From assembly GCF_964204865.1 (NCBI RefSeq), contig NW_027556749.1, positions 124,001 through 187,270 of the forward strand: DNA of 63,270 bases, read 5' to 3'. A model generated the notes under the pieces. That model saw only the letters and a program-made list of their open reading frames with translations. It was not told the origin of the DNA and did no database searches. Positions 1 to 14,015 of this stretch are shown in pieces. The stretch comes from Styela clava. Taxonomy: Eukaryota. The translations under genes were made by a program, and so were the position numbers. Numbering within the stretch: position 1 is the stretch's first letter; the number at the start of each line of letters is the position of its first letter.

Positions 1-1541
1 TTAGAACTTAAATATAATGTACTGTTAGCAGATTTAACATTTATATAATTCATTAAGTGAACATAATTTATAGTATCTACTTTTAAACCATCGACAGCTA
101 CAGCTTTAAGCTCATGAATTGAGTCAGAATCCGTAATTTCTCTAATAGTTTTTAAAACATTTGCTTTACCAATTCATCCCTTATCTCATATTTTAGAATC
201 AAAAGTTTCAGCTACTAAACTTCCTCGGTTGTGTCGTTTATCGTTAGGATTGAAATTTATCTCTTGGTCTTGCTTTCAATTCAAAGCATAATTAATAGAA
301 GCAAAATTACCATCAGGTATAATTAAATGTTGTTGTTCATATTGATAAGTTTTTGATAGTGGAGATACTTTAGGTTGTAAAAATTTTTCAATTCATAATG
401 GTGTAATAATATTTATTATTGATGGATCTTTTTCTTTTTTATGTCCATATATTTCACAAGACAATAAAGCTACAGAACCTTCTACTTCTAATTGTAAAGA
501 ATTAACACCTTTAACTTCTGAAAAAAATAGAGGCTCATAATCTTCATCCTCTTTCATATTTTTAATATCATTATCTATATCTTCTAGTGTAGGTGCTCTT
601 TTAGTTTGTGGAATTTCGTCATAAATTGGATTGTTATTTATATCATACATAATTTCGCCACTATCATTTGTTTTTAATTCTAATTTAGCACTAGTTGAAA
701 TAACATTTGGTTTAAAAAAAGTTTCACCAGGTTGACCAAATTGAATAGATTGTATAATATTCTTTCCTACAGTACGTAAACTTTCATTTACACTTTTAAA
801 AGTAACATCATGTCACATATAATCGTTTGTTTTAGGATTTGTAAAAACTTCAATGCTTTGAATATAGAATAAATCATTACCATTAATTTCTGGACATAAT
901 CACAAAAGTGTCATATTATCTTTTTTTATGGTATGAGAATCTGCTCTTCAAATAAAACTTTCTATATTTTCTGTATCTTTTTGAGTATCATCAAATCGAG
1001 CTCTTATTGTACTTTGTAATACTTGACGAACATAACCATCATCATCATGTGTAAAAGTACTAGAATAATTAATTGGAGGCAACGGTTTACCAACAACATA
1101 ATAACCTTCTTTGAATATTTTTTTTCCTTTACAATTTTTTATTTTTGCTTCTATTATTTTATATGAATCATATTGTTTTTTTTGTTCATCATATGTTAAT
1201 CTAAGTTCATCAAAAGTGTCTAATGTATCATAATTTTCAGGTTTAACAGGTTCTTTAGGAGATATATTTTTTAAAATATCAACATTTATAATAGTTGACG
1301 CATCATCTTCTACTGGATTGATAGGGTCTTCTCAACCTAAAGGTTTAACTAATATAGTTTTTTTACCTGTAAAAATACGCTCTCTAATTAAAGAATTAAA
1401 CCTTAAATTATCATCAACATCTGTAGCACCAGTAGCAAAAACATAAGGAAAAAAATAAAGATCTCTATTTTTATCTATTTCAACTTTTAAATTATCAGTA
1501 TCAGCATCTCGGTATACAATTTTATTATTTAGATCCAGCAT
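1..1541 (-). CDS. 5' part of the 1807-aa structural protein (full copy at 42458..47881)
   Basis: ATG at 1541 with GGAGG upstream; the frame is interrupted only by TGA and runs off the window edge. Confidence 0.8.
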
Positions 1542-3015
1542 CTGTCTTGTTTCCTCCTAACCCGTCATTTGATGTTCTCATTTGAGCATGTGATTTTGGA
1601 TTTGAATCGCGTGAATTAAAGTTACTCACTTGATTAAATTTTTTCAATTTGCCGTTTTGAGCATCATTCATAATTTCATTTTTTCCTTTCTCTTTTTCAA
1701 AGTCTAAGAATTGTTTTCTATTTTCGTCAGCATCTTTGTCAACTAATTTTTTCATTTCAACACTTGATGCTCGGCCAATTTCTTGAACGTTACTAATAGT
1801 TGTTATTCTATCTTGGAGTCCATTATTTAATTTAGCAATTTCAGCATTGATATATTCGATTGTATTTTTATTATTTCCATCTCTAATAGCGAAAGAAAAA
1901 TTTACATCACCAAAACCAGCACAATAGAACATTTTTTTCAAGAATCTATTAATCAGTTGATTAAACATCATTCTTTTAGAAATAATAGTTTTAATTTCGG
2001 CTGCAGAAACATTTTTAATATCTTCAGCTACGTTTGCTTCTAACTTACTATTCAAACTAATTCCAATTAAAGAATACAATAAGTGAAATTTTTCGAGCAT
2101 AGTTTTTTGGAGACTTTCTCAGTTGATGTTTGGGTGAATAGCTTGAATAGCTTGATCTTCGGAAGGAAGTTCACTAACCAAAACAGCTCGTGGAAGAGCC
2201 ATGTTATTTTTAGTTCTCTTGTCTCAATCTTCTAATGTGTCGGGGTCTAAGTTTCCAACGTACATGATAGTACGGTTATTAAGACGTTCTTTTTCAATTC
2301 AATCATAGAAATTAACGATGTCTTTAATAACGTTAGTACATTTTAATCAGTCGGGTCTAGGTGTTTGAGATGTGTGAAAAAAAGTTGTGAAATGTTCGAA
2401 CGGTATAATAGGAATTTTTCTACCTTTAATTTCTTTGTAAAAGGGGTTTCTGTCATTTTGAGGTTTGAAGTAGTAGTTAGGAATCATAGCACTTAATTCA
2501 CCTAGAGCTATCTCTTTACTATTATAGATATATGTTCTTTTGATTCGACCGTCATGTGTTCATGTTTCTCTAATAATAATAGGAATAACTGTATGTGTTT
2601 CTTTTTCGGCAAATGTTGAAATACTTACAATTTCTTCAAAACTCTTTTGTTGTCATATAATAAATTTTGGACGATTTAAATATACTCTAAATCCTTGATC
2701 GTCTTCAATAGAGTTTTCTATTTTATCAAAACCTAAAATCGCCTCACCATATAAAGATGTTTGGAAAATTAATTTAGATAAGAATTTGTCTCATTGAGCA
2801 TTAACTTTAAATGTATTTCAAAACTTTAGTAATTTTTCGTTGTCAGTATCAAATACGTAATGTCTATTATATATAGCATGTGTTAAGTGCTCAGCTATAA
2901 CTATTGGAAAATCACAAAATTTGTTTAAGTGATTAGTAGTTCTTTCACCATTTTTATCGTGTAACATGTTTCAATACTTAGAAACTTTATTAATATCTAG
3001 TTCTCAACTTTCCAT
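1525..3015 (-). CDS. Portal protein (496 aa, SPP1/A118-like)
   Basis: Open frame in code 4; typical portal size; segment 'QTSLYGEAILGFD'; lies in the structural operon. Confidence 0.7.
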
Positions 3016-3026
3016 TATATTTTATA

Positions 3027-3191
3027 TTATTCCTTTTTTGTTTTTTTACAGTCACATGAAATCTTTTTACAGATGTCATTTTTTTGAGTTTTTGTAGCAT
3101 ATTTATTAATAATATAAATTGCCACTTCGTCTATTTGTGATTTCGCAAAACTCATTACGAAACTAATTATCATTTTTAATGTTTTGTTCAT
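3027..3191 (-). CDS. Small hypothetical protein (54 aa)
   Basis: AAGGAG RBS before the ATG; fills the gap upstream of the portal gene. Confidence 0.6.
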   Translation of the reverse strand: MNKTLKMIISFVMSFAKSQIDEVAIYIINKYATKTQKNDICKKISCDCKKTKKE

Positions 3192-3540
3192 TGTTATTTT
3201 CTCCTTTGTTATTTTTGTTAATAACTTCCATAATTTTTTCTAGCTTGCCATTAATTCTTTTATCGATTCATTTTTTTAAATCTTCACTTTGTTTTTCATT
3301 CGCCTTTTCAACAGCCAAATCTTTACTTATATATTTCCTGTCATACATGTAAGCCAGAGTAACACATATTATTACAGTGAGTGCTATAAGCGCAGGAATA
3401 GAAACAATTAAAGCTGAATAAATTGTTTTATTATTACTTTCACTATTAGCAAAGTGGATAAATTGCGACAAGCCAAAACCTCCTACGGTTGCGCTTATCA
3501 TTTTTCAATATATTTTATCTCAATTCATAAATTTTATCAT
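3163..3540 (-). CDS. Holin-like membrane protein (~125 aa)
   Basis: Hydrophobic segments (ISATVGGFGLSQFIHF; IYSALIVSIPALIALTVIICVTLAYMY) followed by a charged C-terminus. Start codon uncertain. Confidence 0.5.
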
Positions 3541-3550
3541 TTCTTTTCAT

Positions 3551-6500
3551 CTAATGTCCGCTCTCTCTTCTAACTGATAAGTTAAATTTTGTTGGGAAGA
3601 CCAAATTATAATTACCATTAGCGTTAAATGTTCATTTTATATCGTTTAAAGCAACATTATTTCTCATATGGTAGTAAACGTAAAATGGATGACGATAAAC
3701 GTCGTTATTTGTTAATCATCATATATCTCCTCAATATAATAAGTCGCCAGTTGCTTTTGTTCATTTAATATTCCCTTTAATATTAACACCTGTTTTTGTT
3801 GCGAAATAGTGGTTGTAAAGATTTGCGTTCAATTGTCATGGACTCGCTGATTTTAACGTTGAGTGAAAATATGTTTTTGTTGTTGATGAGGTTGCGTTGT
3901 AATTGTCAGTGGTTACTAAATATTGAAAAGTTTTGTTTGTTGTGTCGCCAGTTTGTTTTGGTACTAAAAATGAATGTCATCTAACATTAGACGTATTAAG
4001 AGGCGGTTCGATATGAATATCAAAAGAATACAATCCATCTTTAAATTCTTTAGAATTACCAGTATTTAAGGTAACAAAAAACGAGTTACTAAAGTATTTT
4101 AATTGGGATCCTACTCTGTCAATGATTGGAAAACTTGTTTTTTTTCCAACTCCAGCGAAGTAAGTATTAGCTTCAATGTTGTTTGATGAATCCATTTTTG
4201 TAATTGTTGAACCAGTACCTATAACGTCTACTCATGGGTGGGGAGTGTGTAACATTTCAAGACGACTACGTGCTGTTTCGAATATTTCGGTACTCCCTAG
4301 ATCTTTAAATTGAGAATCTGTTATATTGTCATTACCAATATTTTCGATTAATGTTTGACCTTCCACTTTTGCTTCATATTGTGTAATTAAATGTCTGAAT
4401 TGTGCTTCTGTAAGACCATGTGTTTCAGAATATGCTTTAGGTGAGTTTTCACCAAATATTGAATTATAATCATCTGTTCCTTTAGTTCATTGAAAGTCAA
4501 CATTTGCTAAAACAGTTTCAATTTCTGATACACTAATAGGTTTATAATAACCATAAGAAGCATATAATTGACGTCTAGAATCAACATGAGTTATTCGTTC
4601 TAATATAGTTTTTGTGTCTTTATAATTTAATCCAGAAGTATATGTTTCAACTTTTTCGAATGGATAATACTTATATATTTTTAAATGTGAATTATCACGA
4701 ATATAATATGAGTTATTTATCGAATTAATTCGTGATGAGTAAGAGACAGGTGCTTTTAATATGTCAATCAATTTATCTTTTTGTGAACCTGTTGGTCTGT
4801 CAGTTCATCTCAAACCTTCAGCATTATTATCCTCATCGTAAGGTTCCATTTCTGGATCAACAATTTTTGTTTCTAGAGGTGCCAATCGGTTCTCTAATAA
4901 TGTATCTACTTGATGCTTTGTATAATGAGCTCCAATTAGAGCGAAGTAATTTTTCAAATAATCATAACCATCAATCCCAAAAAATTTTCCTTTTTGATTA
5001 GTGAAAACAGGTATTGAAGGAAAGTTTGATCTTGATGGATCTAGATAAGTGAAACGATTTTCTCATGATTGAGCAATTTCGTCTTGTGGGTCGGGATTTG
5101 AAATAACGTGATTTTGATAATCTTCAACGAATGAGTACACAGAATTAACATACTTTATGCTAAGATTAGCACCATCAGTATTAAAAGGTTCTTCAACAAA
5201 TTGACCATGAGATCCAATTAAATCAGAACTTCCGTCTTTGCTAAATTTTATAACAGCATAGTTTCTTAGTAAATTAATACAGTACAAACTAGGGTCAACA
5301 ATGTTAGCAATAATATATAATTCGTCATCTTGAACAAACAAGTCATAAACTTTGTATGTATCAAACTTAGTCATGTCAAGATCTGGTACTTCAGCTCTTA
5401 TGAAGTCAATTTGGTCGTCTCTCAACTGTTCATTTCAACCATGAAAAGATTCAATTGACGCGTTATTAACAGCTTTCACGCTTAGAGATTTGTCAGCTAA
5501 TAAGTCATAAAATTCATCTTCTGTTAAATGATTCAATAATGAATATTTTTCAGGAGTACTTGCTATGTTTAGTACGTTAGTTGCCCGAGTTGTGTCAACG
5601 TCTCTAAATTCTTTATAAATTTTTCCTAAATCAGATCTTTTTACATGAATAATATGACTTAATACACTAGTAGTTCCATCTTTTCTTATGTAATTACTTA
5701 ATGTATAGTTAGAACCACATAGATTATTAATTCAAGTCAATAAAGCAAAATGTTTTTGATAATCTGTTAAATCATTTCAATCAGTAGGTCCTCTGTAATA
5801 TTGTCAAATATCACGAATTACACAACTTTCTTCTTTGAAATTACAAATTTGGTAAATATCAACTTTGTCATTTATATCAAGAGAAAGAGGTTGCGAAATT
5901 ATATTACTTCCATATCCTTCTTGAACAAGACTATAATATTCAGCTTCTGTATTTAAAACAGTAACTAAAGTTTGAAGCTTCTCAGTAGTTGGAACAGTTG
6001 TTCAAGGAATAGTGTCTCTGTTTAATATTAAATCTTCTGTTCTGAGTATTCCATTAAATTTTGCGTCGATTTGAGGTTTGTTATATGTATCTGCTATTTT
6101 AGCATATAATTTGTGGTTAATTTCATCTGGTAAATTAGTAAGGGCTTTAAATTCTCTAAGAAGATTGAAAAATTCAGTTTGAGATAGACTGTTATAAGCA
6201 GAATAAAATTTAGGAGCACTAGCTCATACATTTGGACTACTAGTACTTTTATAATATCGTCCACTATCAATCAATTTTTGAATATCCCCAGTTCTTCAAT
6301 AAATAGGTTGAACATCATTATCATAACTTGTTCCTAAAATGTCATTTATTCTATAAATTCTTTTTAGTACAGTAGATAATTCATCTAAAACATCATGTTT
6401 AATACCATCTTTAGTAAAAGGTACTCGTTTATCTATATAATCATCATAAGCTATTATATAAGCTGTTTTGTGATTATTTTGACTATGATTACCATATCAA

Positions 6501-9500
6501 TGATCTGGTTCACTTAAAACCGCTAATAATTTTTCACGTTGAGATGCTGTAGGTACTTCTTCTCATTTCAATCCTGTAGGATTTGTATTAACATCATAAG
6601 GTAATAATTCAATATTAGTTACCTCAGTTTCTAATTCTGATAAACGATTATTTAACTGAGCGTCTATTTGTTGACGAGTATATATAGTATCTTTTGTAGC
6701 AAAAAAATTTTTAAGATACTTAAATCCATTAATACCAAACATTTTTCCTTTTAAATTTGTAAATACGGGCATTGTTGGAAAATTTGAAGCTTCTGGTACA
6801 TTATAATTAAAACGATTATTTCAAGTACTTGTATCATAGTTATCATCTTGATCTGGGTTTGAAATAACATGATTGTAACCATCTTCCAAAAAAGAATAAG
6901 TTGAGTTAACATAATTTAGACTTAAATTAGCATTGTTTTCATTGAAAGGTGCTTCAATTGTTGTAACATAAGTATTTCCTGTAACAGCTCGAATATCACC
7001 AACAGTAAATTTTAAAGGAGCAGTATTACGTAATAAATTTAAAGCTATAATACCTGCTTGTGTCGCATATTTATAAGAAACAATATAAAGGCTATCGTTA
7101 TAATCAAATAAGTCATAAATTTTATATTCATTTAATTTGTTTTCGTCATAGAAGGAAACTTCTCCACGAATAAGATCAATCTGTTCATTTGTAAATGGAG
7201 CATTTCAATCTTCAAATGACTCGATTGTAGTATGTGATTTTATATCTGTTTTTAAAGCAAAAAACTTTTTTAAATAACTATACGCTTTAACACCAAAAAT
7301 CTTCCCCTTTCTGTTTGTAAATACTGGTAGTGTAGGATAGTTTGAATATTCTGGTGTTATATATTTTAATCTAGTTTCTCAATCGCCAAATACTGATCCA
7401 CCTGGTATTGGGGTAGAAATAGCCTGATTATCGTGGTCTTCAATTCAACTGTAAATTGAGTTTATATATTTTAAGTTTAAGTTTGCCAGCTCAGTATCAT
7501 AAGGACCCATAATTGCTTTTACGTGATCTCCTTGAATAGCTATTAACTCTGCAGTTTTATTAAATATTCTAACAGCTTGGTTTCTTAACAAATTAATAGC
7601 AAATATATTTTCATTATTTAAAAGACGAGCACAAACGAAAACCTGATCACCAAAAGTAAATAAATCTAATACTTTGTAATCATCAAATTTGGCTCAATCA
7701 AAAGCATGAATATCTTCTTTAATAATATCAATTTGTTCGTCTGTCAATTGTGTTTCTCAATCAATAAAAGAATCCATTGACACTTTAGTTAAGTTTTCAA
7801 TTTTCCCTCTAAGTAAGTTATAAAAATCTTCTTGTTGTAAATGATTTTTTTCGCTATAAAGTTTTGGTGTTTTAACAATACCCTCTTCTTCGGCTACATC
7901 ACTATCATTATCTGTTTCAAAATGTTTGAAAAGCAAAGCTAGATCTGAACGTTTTATATGTACGATGTGACTTAACTCTTCAACTTCGCCATTTGGTTTT
8001 GTGTAATTACTTAATACATAAGTTGAACTACATATATCATTAATTCAAGCTAATAAAGTTGCTCGTTTTTGATACTCAGTCAAATCGTCTCAATCACCAG
8101 GTCCTTTGTAGAGACTTCATGCGTCTTTAATAGCATAAGTTTTTTCGCCAAAGTTAACGATTTTATAGATATTTATTTTGTCGCCAACATTTAAACTCAA
8201 AGGTTGTGTTGCGTAGTCACCTCCATACCCTTCTTCTTCTAAAGCATAATAAGTTTCAGGAATTTTAAGAGTTGATAATAAGGCTGTTTTTTGAGCTTCA
8301 CTTGGTGTTTTTTCTCAACCTAATGTTAGTTCTGACAATAAAGGATTTGTAGTTCTAAAAATAGAATCAATTTTTGTATCAATTTGAGGTCTAGTATATG
8401 TGTCTTTTTTTGTAGCATAAACGGTTTCGCCTGTTTCGATTTGGTGTAATTTAGCAAAAGAATCATTTAAAAAACCTAGAGCATTTACACCATATATAGT
8501 ACCATCTTCAGTAGTGAAAATAGGAAATGTTGGTAAATGACCTTCTAAGAATGTAAATCTTTTATTATAACTTTCAACAATATCTTCAGGTGTTGAGTGA
8601 GAAATTGGATGCGTTTTAACATATTTAATTCAAGATAAAATAGAACTAATGTATTGTAAATTTAAATTTGCGCCTCTTGTATTATAAGGACTTGGTAAAG
8701 TATCGTCATATGGAATAATACGTACTTTATTACCATTTCTTCTAATTTCAAAAGGTGATAAATTTTTTAATAATGGAGCAATAATTCAGTCTACATTATC
8801 TGGTGTTTTACTAACAAAAATATATACTTCACCATCATAAAAAATTTTATCAAAAAGTTTATAGTCACTATATTTAGTAGAATCATAATTTTTAACATTT
8901 CTAGCAATATCATCAAGTTGAGAGTCGGTTAGTTGTTGCTTCCATCCTGCAAAAGAATCTAATGCAACATCAACACTACTAGATTTTACCATATTATCAA
9001 CACGTGTGATAATTGTGTTTTTAACAAAATGATTATAAAACTGCTCTTTTGTATAACCATATTCGTCAGATCATTTTTGTGGTGTGCTGAAATTAGACTC
9101 AAATGAATAAACTGGTGGTTGTTGTGAATTTATAAAATATTCATAAAGTTTTCCTAAATCGCTTCTTCTAATAGGATTAATATGATCTAATTTTGTAACA
9201 CTACCTCCAATATGTTCAAAGTCACTTCTTTTATAACTAGATCCACATCTTCTATTTACAAATTTTAAAGCTTCATCGTGTTTTTGATCTTCAGTTAAGT
9301 CATCTCAATCTGAAGGAAATTCAACAGTATCTTTTTTTCATAAACTTCAAATATCTTGAATAAAAGTTTGTGGTATACCAAAGTTATTAAATTTATAAAG
9401 ATAAACTTTTTCTTCTGTACGGAGCGTTAAAGGATTATGAGCTCAATCACTTGATCATTTTCCAACGTTTAATCCATAAAAGGTTTCGGGGACTTTAAAA

Positions 9501-12007
9501 ACGTCAGCTAAAACTGCTCGTTGGTCGTCTAATGGTACTGATGTTCAAGGTAAAGTAGTTTCGTTTAAAAGTAAATCATCTAATCGTAATAAACCTTCAA
9601 GTTTACTATCAATTTCTGCTTTATTATATGTATCTCTTTTATAAGCAAACGTTATATTATTATGTAAAATAGAATGTATAGTGTTAAGCCCTGAATCTGA
9701 ATATAACAATTGTTTAACATCACCATTAACTTGTTTCAAATACATTTTACCATCTTTTTCAAAATAATAAAGTGAATCCAAAAATGTTGATGTTCTGTCG
9801 TCTGATGCTAAACTTTCAATTAAAGGATGATGTAAAACTGTGCTATGATTATCAGCACCTTTTATTGTTGGATCTATTAATGCTATTCCAGTGTCAGGAG
9901 CACCTGTTTCAAAACCAACAATTGTATGACCCGCTGTATAAAAAGGAACAAATCCATGTTCTGTATCTTCGCCATTATAAACACTTGTAAGTAAGTCAAT
10001 GAAAAAATTTTCGCCCGAAGTATCAACAGTTGGCGCGTGTTTTTTAACGTACTCAAGAGCTAAAGCAGTTTCTTTAACTGTCAAAATACCTTTAGTTCCA
10101 TTTAGTTCGTCGGGATGTAATGTACTTGTATGTCTTCAAACTTGACGTTTATATTTGTTTATAAGATAAGTATAAGTACTATCTTTAGCAAATGTAATAT
10201 AAATTTCACCACTATAATAAACTAAATCATTTACTTTTAAGTTACTTAATGAATTAACATCAGTATCATCATAAATTACAGAAATTAGTTTATCTAATTC
10301 AATCAACTCAGCAACTTGACTGTGTGATACATGATTTTCAATTTTAAAAACGTCAGTCTGTGATGGACTTATTTCATCTTTTTTTACAAAAATACTTGAT
10401 AAGTACTTAGTAGCATTAATACCTATAATAGTGTTACCTTTTCCATTAATAAATACTGGTAACATTGGTGTATTACTATCAAGAAATGAAAATCTAGAAT
10501 TATAATCTAATTGTGTTCCTTGATTAGTTGGGTCTGAAATTGGGTGATCATATATATCTTTAATTCATGTTAAAATAGAATTAGTATAATGTAAATTTAA
10601 ATTAGCGTTATTTACGTTGTAAGGGCTAGGTATACTAGAATTATAATCAAGTAATTGACCATTAAAATTAGCTCCTTGTTTTACAATCGTAATAACTGGT
10701 TTATTTCTATATAGTGGAACAACTGTCAATTGTGATGTCGATACATTTGTAACAACATAAGTATCACTACCATAAATAAATTGGTCAAATACTTTATATA
10801 TATCAAATTTAGTTAAGTCGAATGTATCAGTTGATGTTTGAAGATGTTCAATTTGTTCATCTGTATATTGAGCTTCTCAGTCACCAAAAGATTCTATATA
10901 ACTTTGTTGAGACGAAATTTCTGGTATTTCGTGAGTAGGATGTTCTAGATTTTCATCTAATAGATTAGTACTTTTTAAATACTCAGTTATTAATCTATTC
11001 ATGTCAGCTAATCCAACTTTCTCATTTCAAGCACGAACAAATTCTATGTAAGTGATTGGTCGTAATTCGAAGTTAGACAACCCTTCTATAATTTCACTAT
11101 CTTGGTCGTTTACATTAAAAGGTGTCGTACAATTTTGCCCTATGGGATCTATTAATGTAGCTTTTTTAACTAATCCTGCAGCCACTAATAAATTAACAAC
11201 TTCTTTTGGTAAATAACCAATAGGTCATGAGTTGGCTACATTTTCAGAAAGTCCATTAACAGATTCAGAAACTTGGCGCCCTTCAAAATTGATTCCGTGT
11301 TGAATATAATAAGCAGATAACAATACTAAAGCTTTACGTAAAAACTTAACTTTGTCTTTAGTAGTATGACTTAATAAAGTAACATAAGATGTAATTTTAC
11401 CTTCTGTTACAGCGTCAATACGTTCATAAGCATTATAAATAATACGTTCGTATTGTTCAGTTTTATATTTTCTATTAATTAATGCTTCAACATCTCTAGC
11501 ATATATATAAGGTGCCGACTCGGCTCTTGAATCGTTTAAACTTTTCTTATATAAAATAATATTACTACTAGAAATCAAACTATCAATTATTAATTTAATA
11601 TCACTATTTTCTTTATTATACTCAATATTAAAATTTGCTATTGACTTTAATTCGTTATCAATATCACGTCGTGTAACTATAGTACTAAAATCATTATTGT
11701 TAGCTCTCTTTATAAAAGGATAAACATTTTCATAATTAATAACCCTTTCATAATAAGTTTTCCTTAAATTTAATCATTGTAAAAAATCATTAAAATTTGT
11801 AGGTGCTATAAGGTCATCAGTAAAAAGTGCTATAGAAGTGTTATAATTTAAAGTATATGTATTAATAGTTGATATTTCATTAGTTACTTGTATTAATAAT
11901 TCAGTTAAAGTTTTGTTTTCACTGTTATTTATAATACTTGACTTGAAAGTTTCAATATTGTCAAAAATAGAGTTATATTTAGTTTGAAATTCTAGTAATG
12001 TTGTCAT
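3551..12007 (-). CDS. Giant repeat-module fibre/adhesin (2818 aa) with N-terminal head-tail adaptor-like domain
   Basis: Nine track ORFs share one frame separated only by TGA, and the gaps I read contain no TAA/TAG until 3551. Two module types repeat internally. Confidence 0.8.
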
Positions 12008-12009
12008 AA

Positions 12010-12612
12010 TTAATCGAGTTTATTTAACTCCGCATGTAATTTTTTCTTTTCGTCAACGTCTATATATGTTGAATTTATTGTATCTAATACTTTATTAAAA
12101 GCATTTCTTGGTAAAAAGATATTTTTTAAAAGTGAATCTAGTTTATTTTTCATTTCTGCTTGAACATGTTCACAATACATATTTGTTTTAATAATAATAG
12201 GTAATGTTTCATATTGTCAAGAAGCTCTAGTTTCACGTAAATGTTGAGATAATTCAACAAGGTCAGATAACACATCAACTACAATATAGTGAATAGTATT
12301 ATCTTTTTCATCCAAAACGTCTGAAATTTTTAAATAAGCTTTAGTAATTTGTTTATAATCTTTAATTACTTCTTGTAACGCATCGTTGGCTCTAATGTTG
12401 ATAGTTCCTTTAGGTGTGACTTTAAGAACTGTAGTTTCCGCTATTTCAATAGCTGTTTCATTTCTACGATTATTATTAGCATTATTAACAACGGCATTTT
12501 TTAAAATTTTATTTTGTTTTTCTAACAAACTTAAACGTTTTTCTTGTTGTTCTAATAATTTTAAACGTTTTTCTAAATTTTTAATATTAATTTTATTAAT
12601 TTGATTTTTCAT
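12010..12612 (-). CDS. Hypothetical protein following capsid (200 aa, coiled-coil N-terminus)
   Basis: GAGG RBS; code-4 frame closes at TAA 12010. Confidence 0.75.
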
Positions 12613-12675
12613 ATTTTTCCTCTGTGAGGCCTTTTTGATAAATAGAAGACCTCTAAACTATTTAGACCTTATATT

Positions 12676-13988
12676 CTAAGATCCACCAATGTCATAAATT
12701 GTTTTACCTGCTGGTAATTTAATACCATACAAGAATTTTTGACATAATCCCTTTCATTTAGAGATTCCATACAAAGCTTTCAACCCTGTAACAATATTAC
12801 CTGTTTGTGGAATTATAGCTGATCACACATAAGGTGCCCCCGCTAATACCATAACTGGTGAATTTTTTTCAGGCGAAATGTATTGTAAGATCGCAATATA
12901 TTGAGATAAGTCTGCTCCTAAATCTCCAGTAATTGCTGTACTATATGTTGGCATATAAACTGCGTTAGCTGGTGACGAAGGAATAGTAGCTAATCCTGTG
13001 TTTGCGTCTAGTGGAAGGGTGTCTGCAGCCGAAGTACTTGTAACTTCTGAAAGACTGTTAGCAATTTCAGTATAAGTAGCTCCAGGTTTTCCTTTAGGTC
13101 AGATTTTACCTAAAAGGATTGATACTTCAGCTTTCAAACCTCCAATTTTCAAGTTATTATCCTCGAATTCTTGATAGTTGCTTGTATCTAATCCAACTTT
13201 GGCGTTTACGATAGCTAATAAATTTTTGATGTGGGGTGCTACAATCAAAACTAAATTAGTTCCCACTTTACCATAAAGACTTGTACGTGTTTTCAATGAT
13301 TGAATCATGTTTAAGAATTTATGAAGGAAAGTGATTCCCGCAAAACGTGAGTCAGCATTTGTGGCTGCAATATCTTCGTCTGTAAGTTGTAAAACGTTAC
13401 TTTTAGCTTCTGAATCAGTTTCAAGAGCTTCGATAACTGCTTTAAAGTAATGAAGATTAACACGATTTTTATAATTACTTCATCTTTGTGCCAAAAGAGC
13501 AGAATAGACGAATCCACTATGTAAAAATAATGATTTGTCTAATTGTTCCATAGGATTGAATTCAAAGTGCGAAAATGTCATTCCAATAGTTTTTTTATCC
13601 ACTCCTGGATATGTTGGATTGACAGGTGCTGTTGAATTGAACCCATTAGAAAGAGCTAATTGGTGTGAATATGATGAAGTTCCATGCCCAGATGCTAAAA
13701 CTCATGTTTTTTGGAGAGTTCCATTTTGATCTCTGTGCATGTTAACAATCCCTAATTTGAAAATTGTGTCATAATCAATATTTGGAATTGTTGGGATTTG
13801 AGATAAATTGATTGATTGAACAATTTCATTACCTTTAAATGAATATAGAATAACGAATGATTTGTATCGGTAGATTCCGCTGCAATTAATTGTGATTCTG
13901 TTAATGTTTGCCCTGGAATTCCTTCAATAGCAGATTTAGTAGTCGCATTGATAGTTCCAAAAGCTTGGTCTTGACTTAGTGTTGCCAT
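12676..13988 (-). pseudogene. Major capsid protein, frameshifted in this copy
   Basis: Lacks CCTT at 13840/13841 relative to the intact copy at 59016..60332. Confidence 0.75.
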
Positions 13989-14015
13989 AATTAATATTCT
14001 CCTTTATTATTTTAA

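Noticed and set aside
3551-12007. Diversity-generating retroelement or invertible tail cassette
   Set aside because: The repeats are diverged protein-level modules. I saw no reverse transcriptase, invertase or near-identical TR/VR pair.
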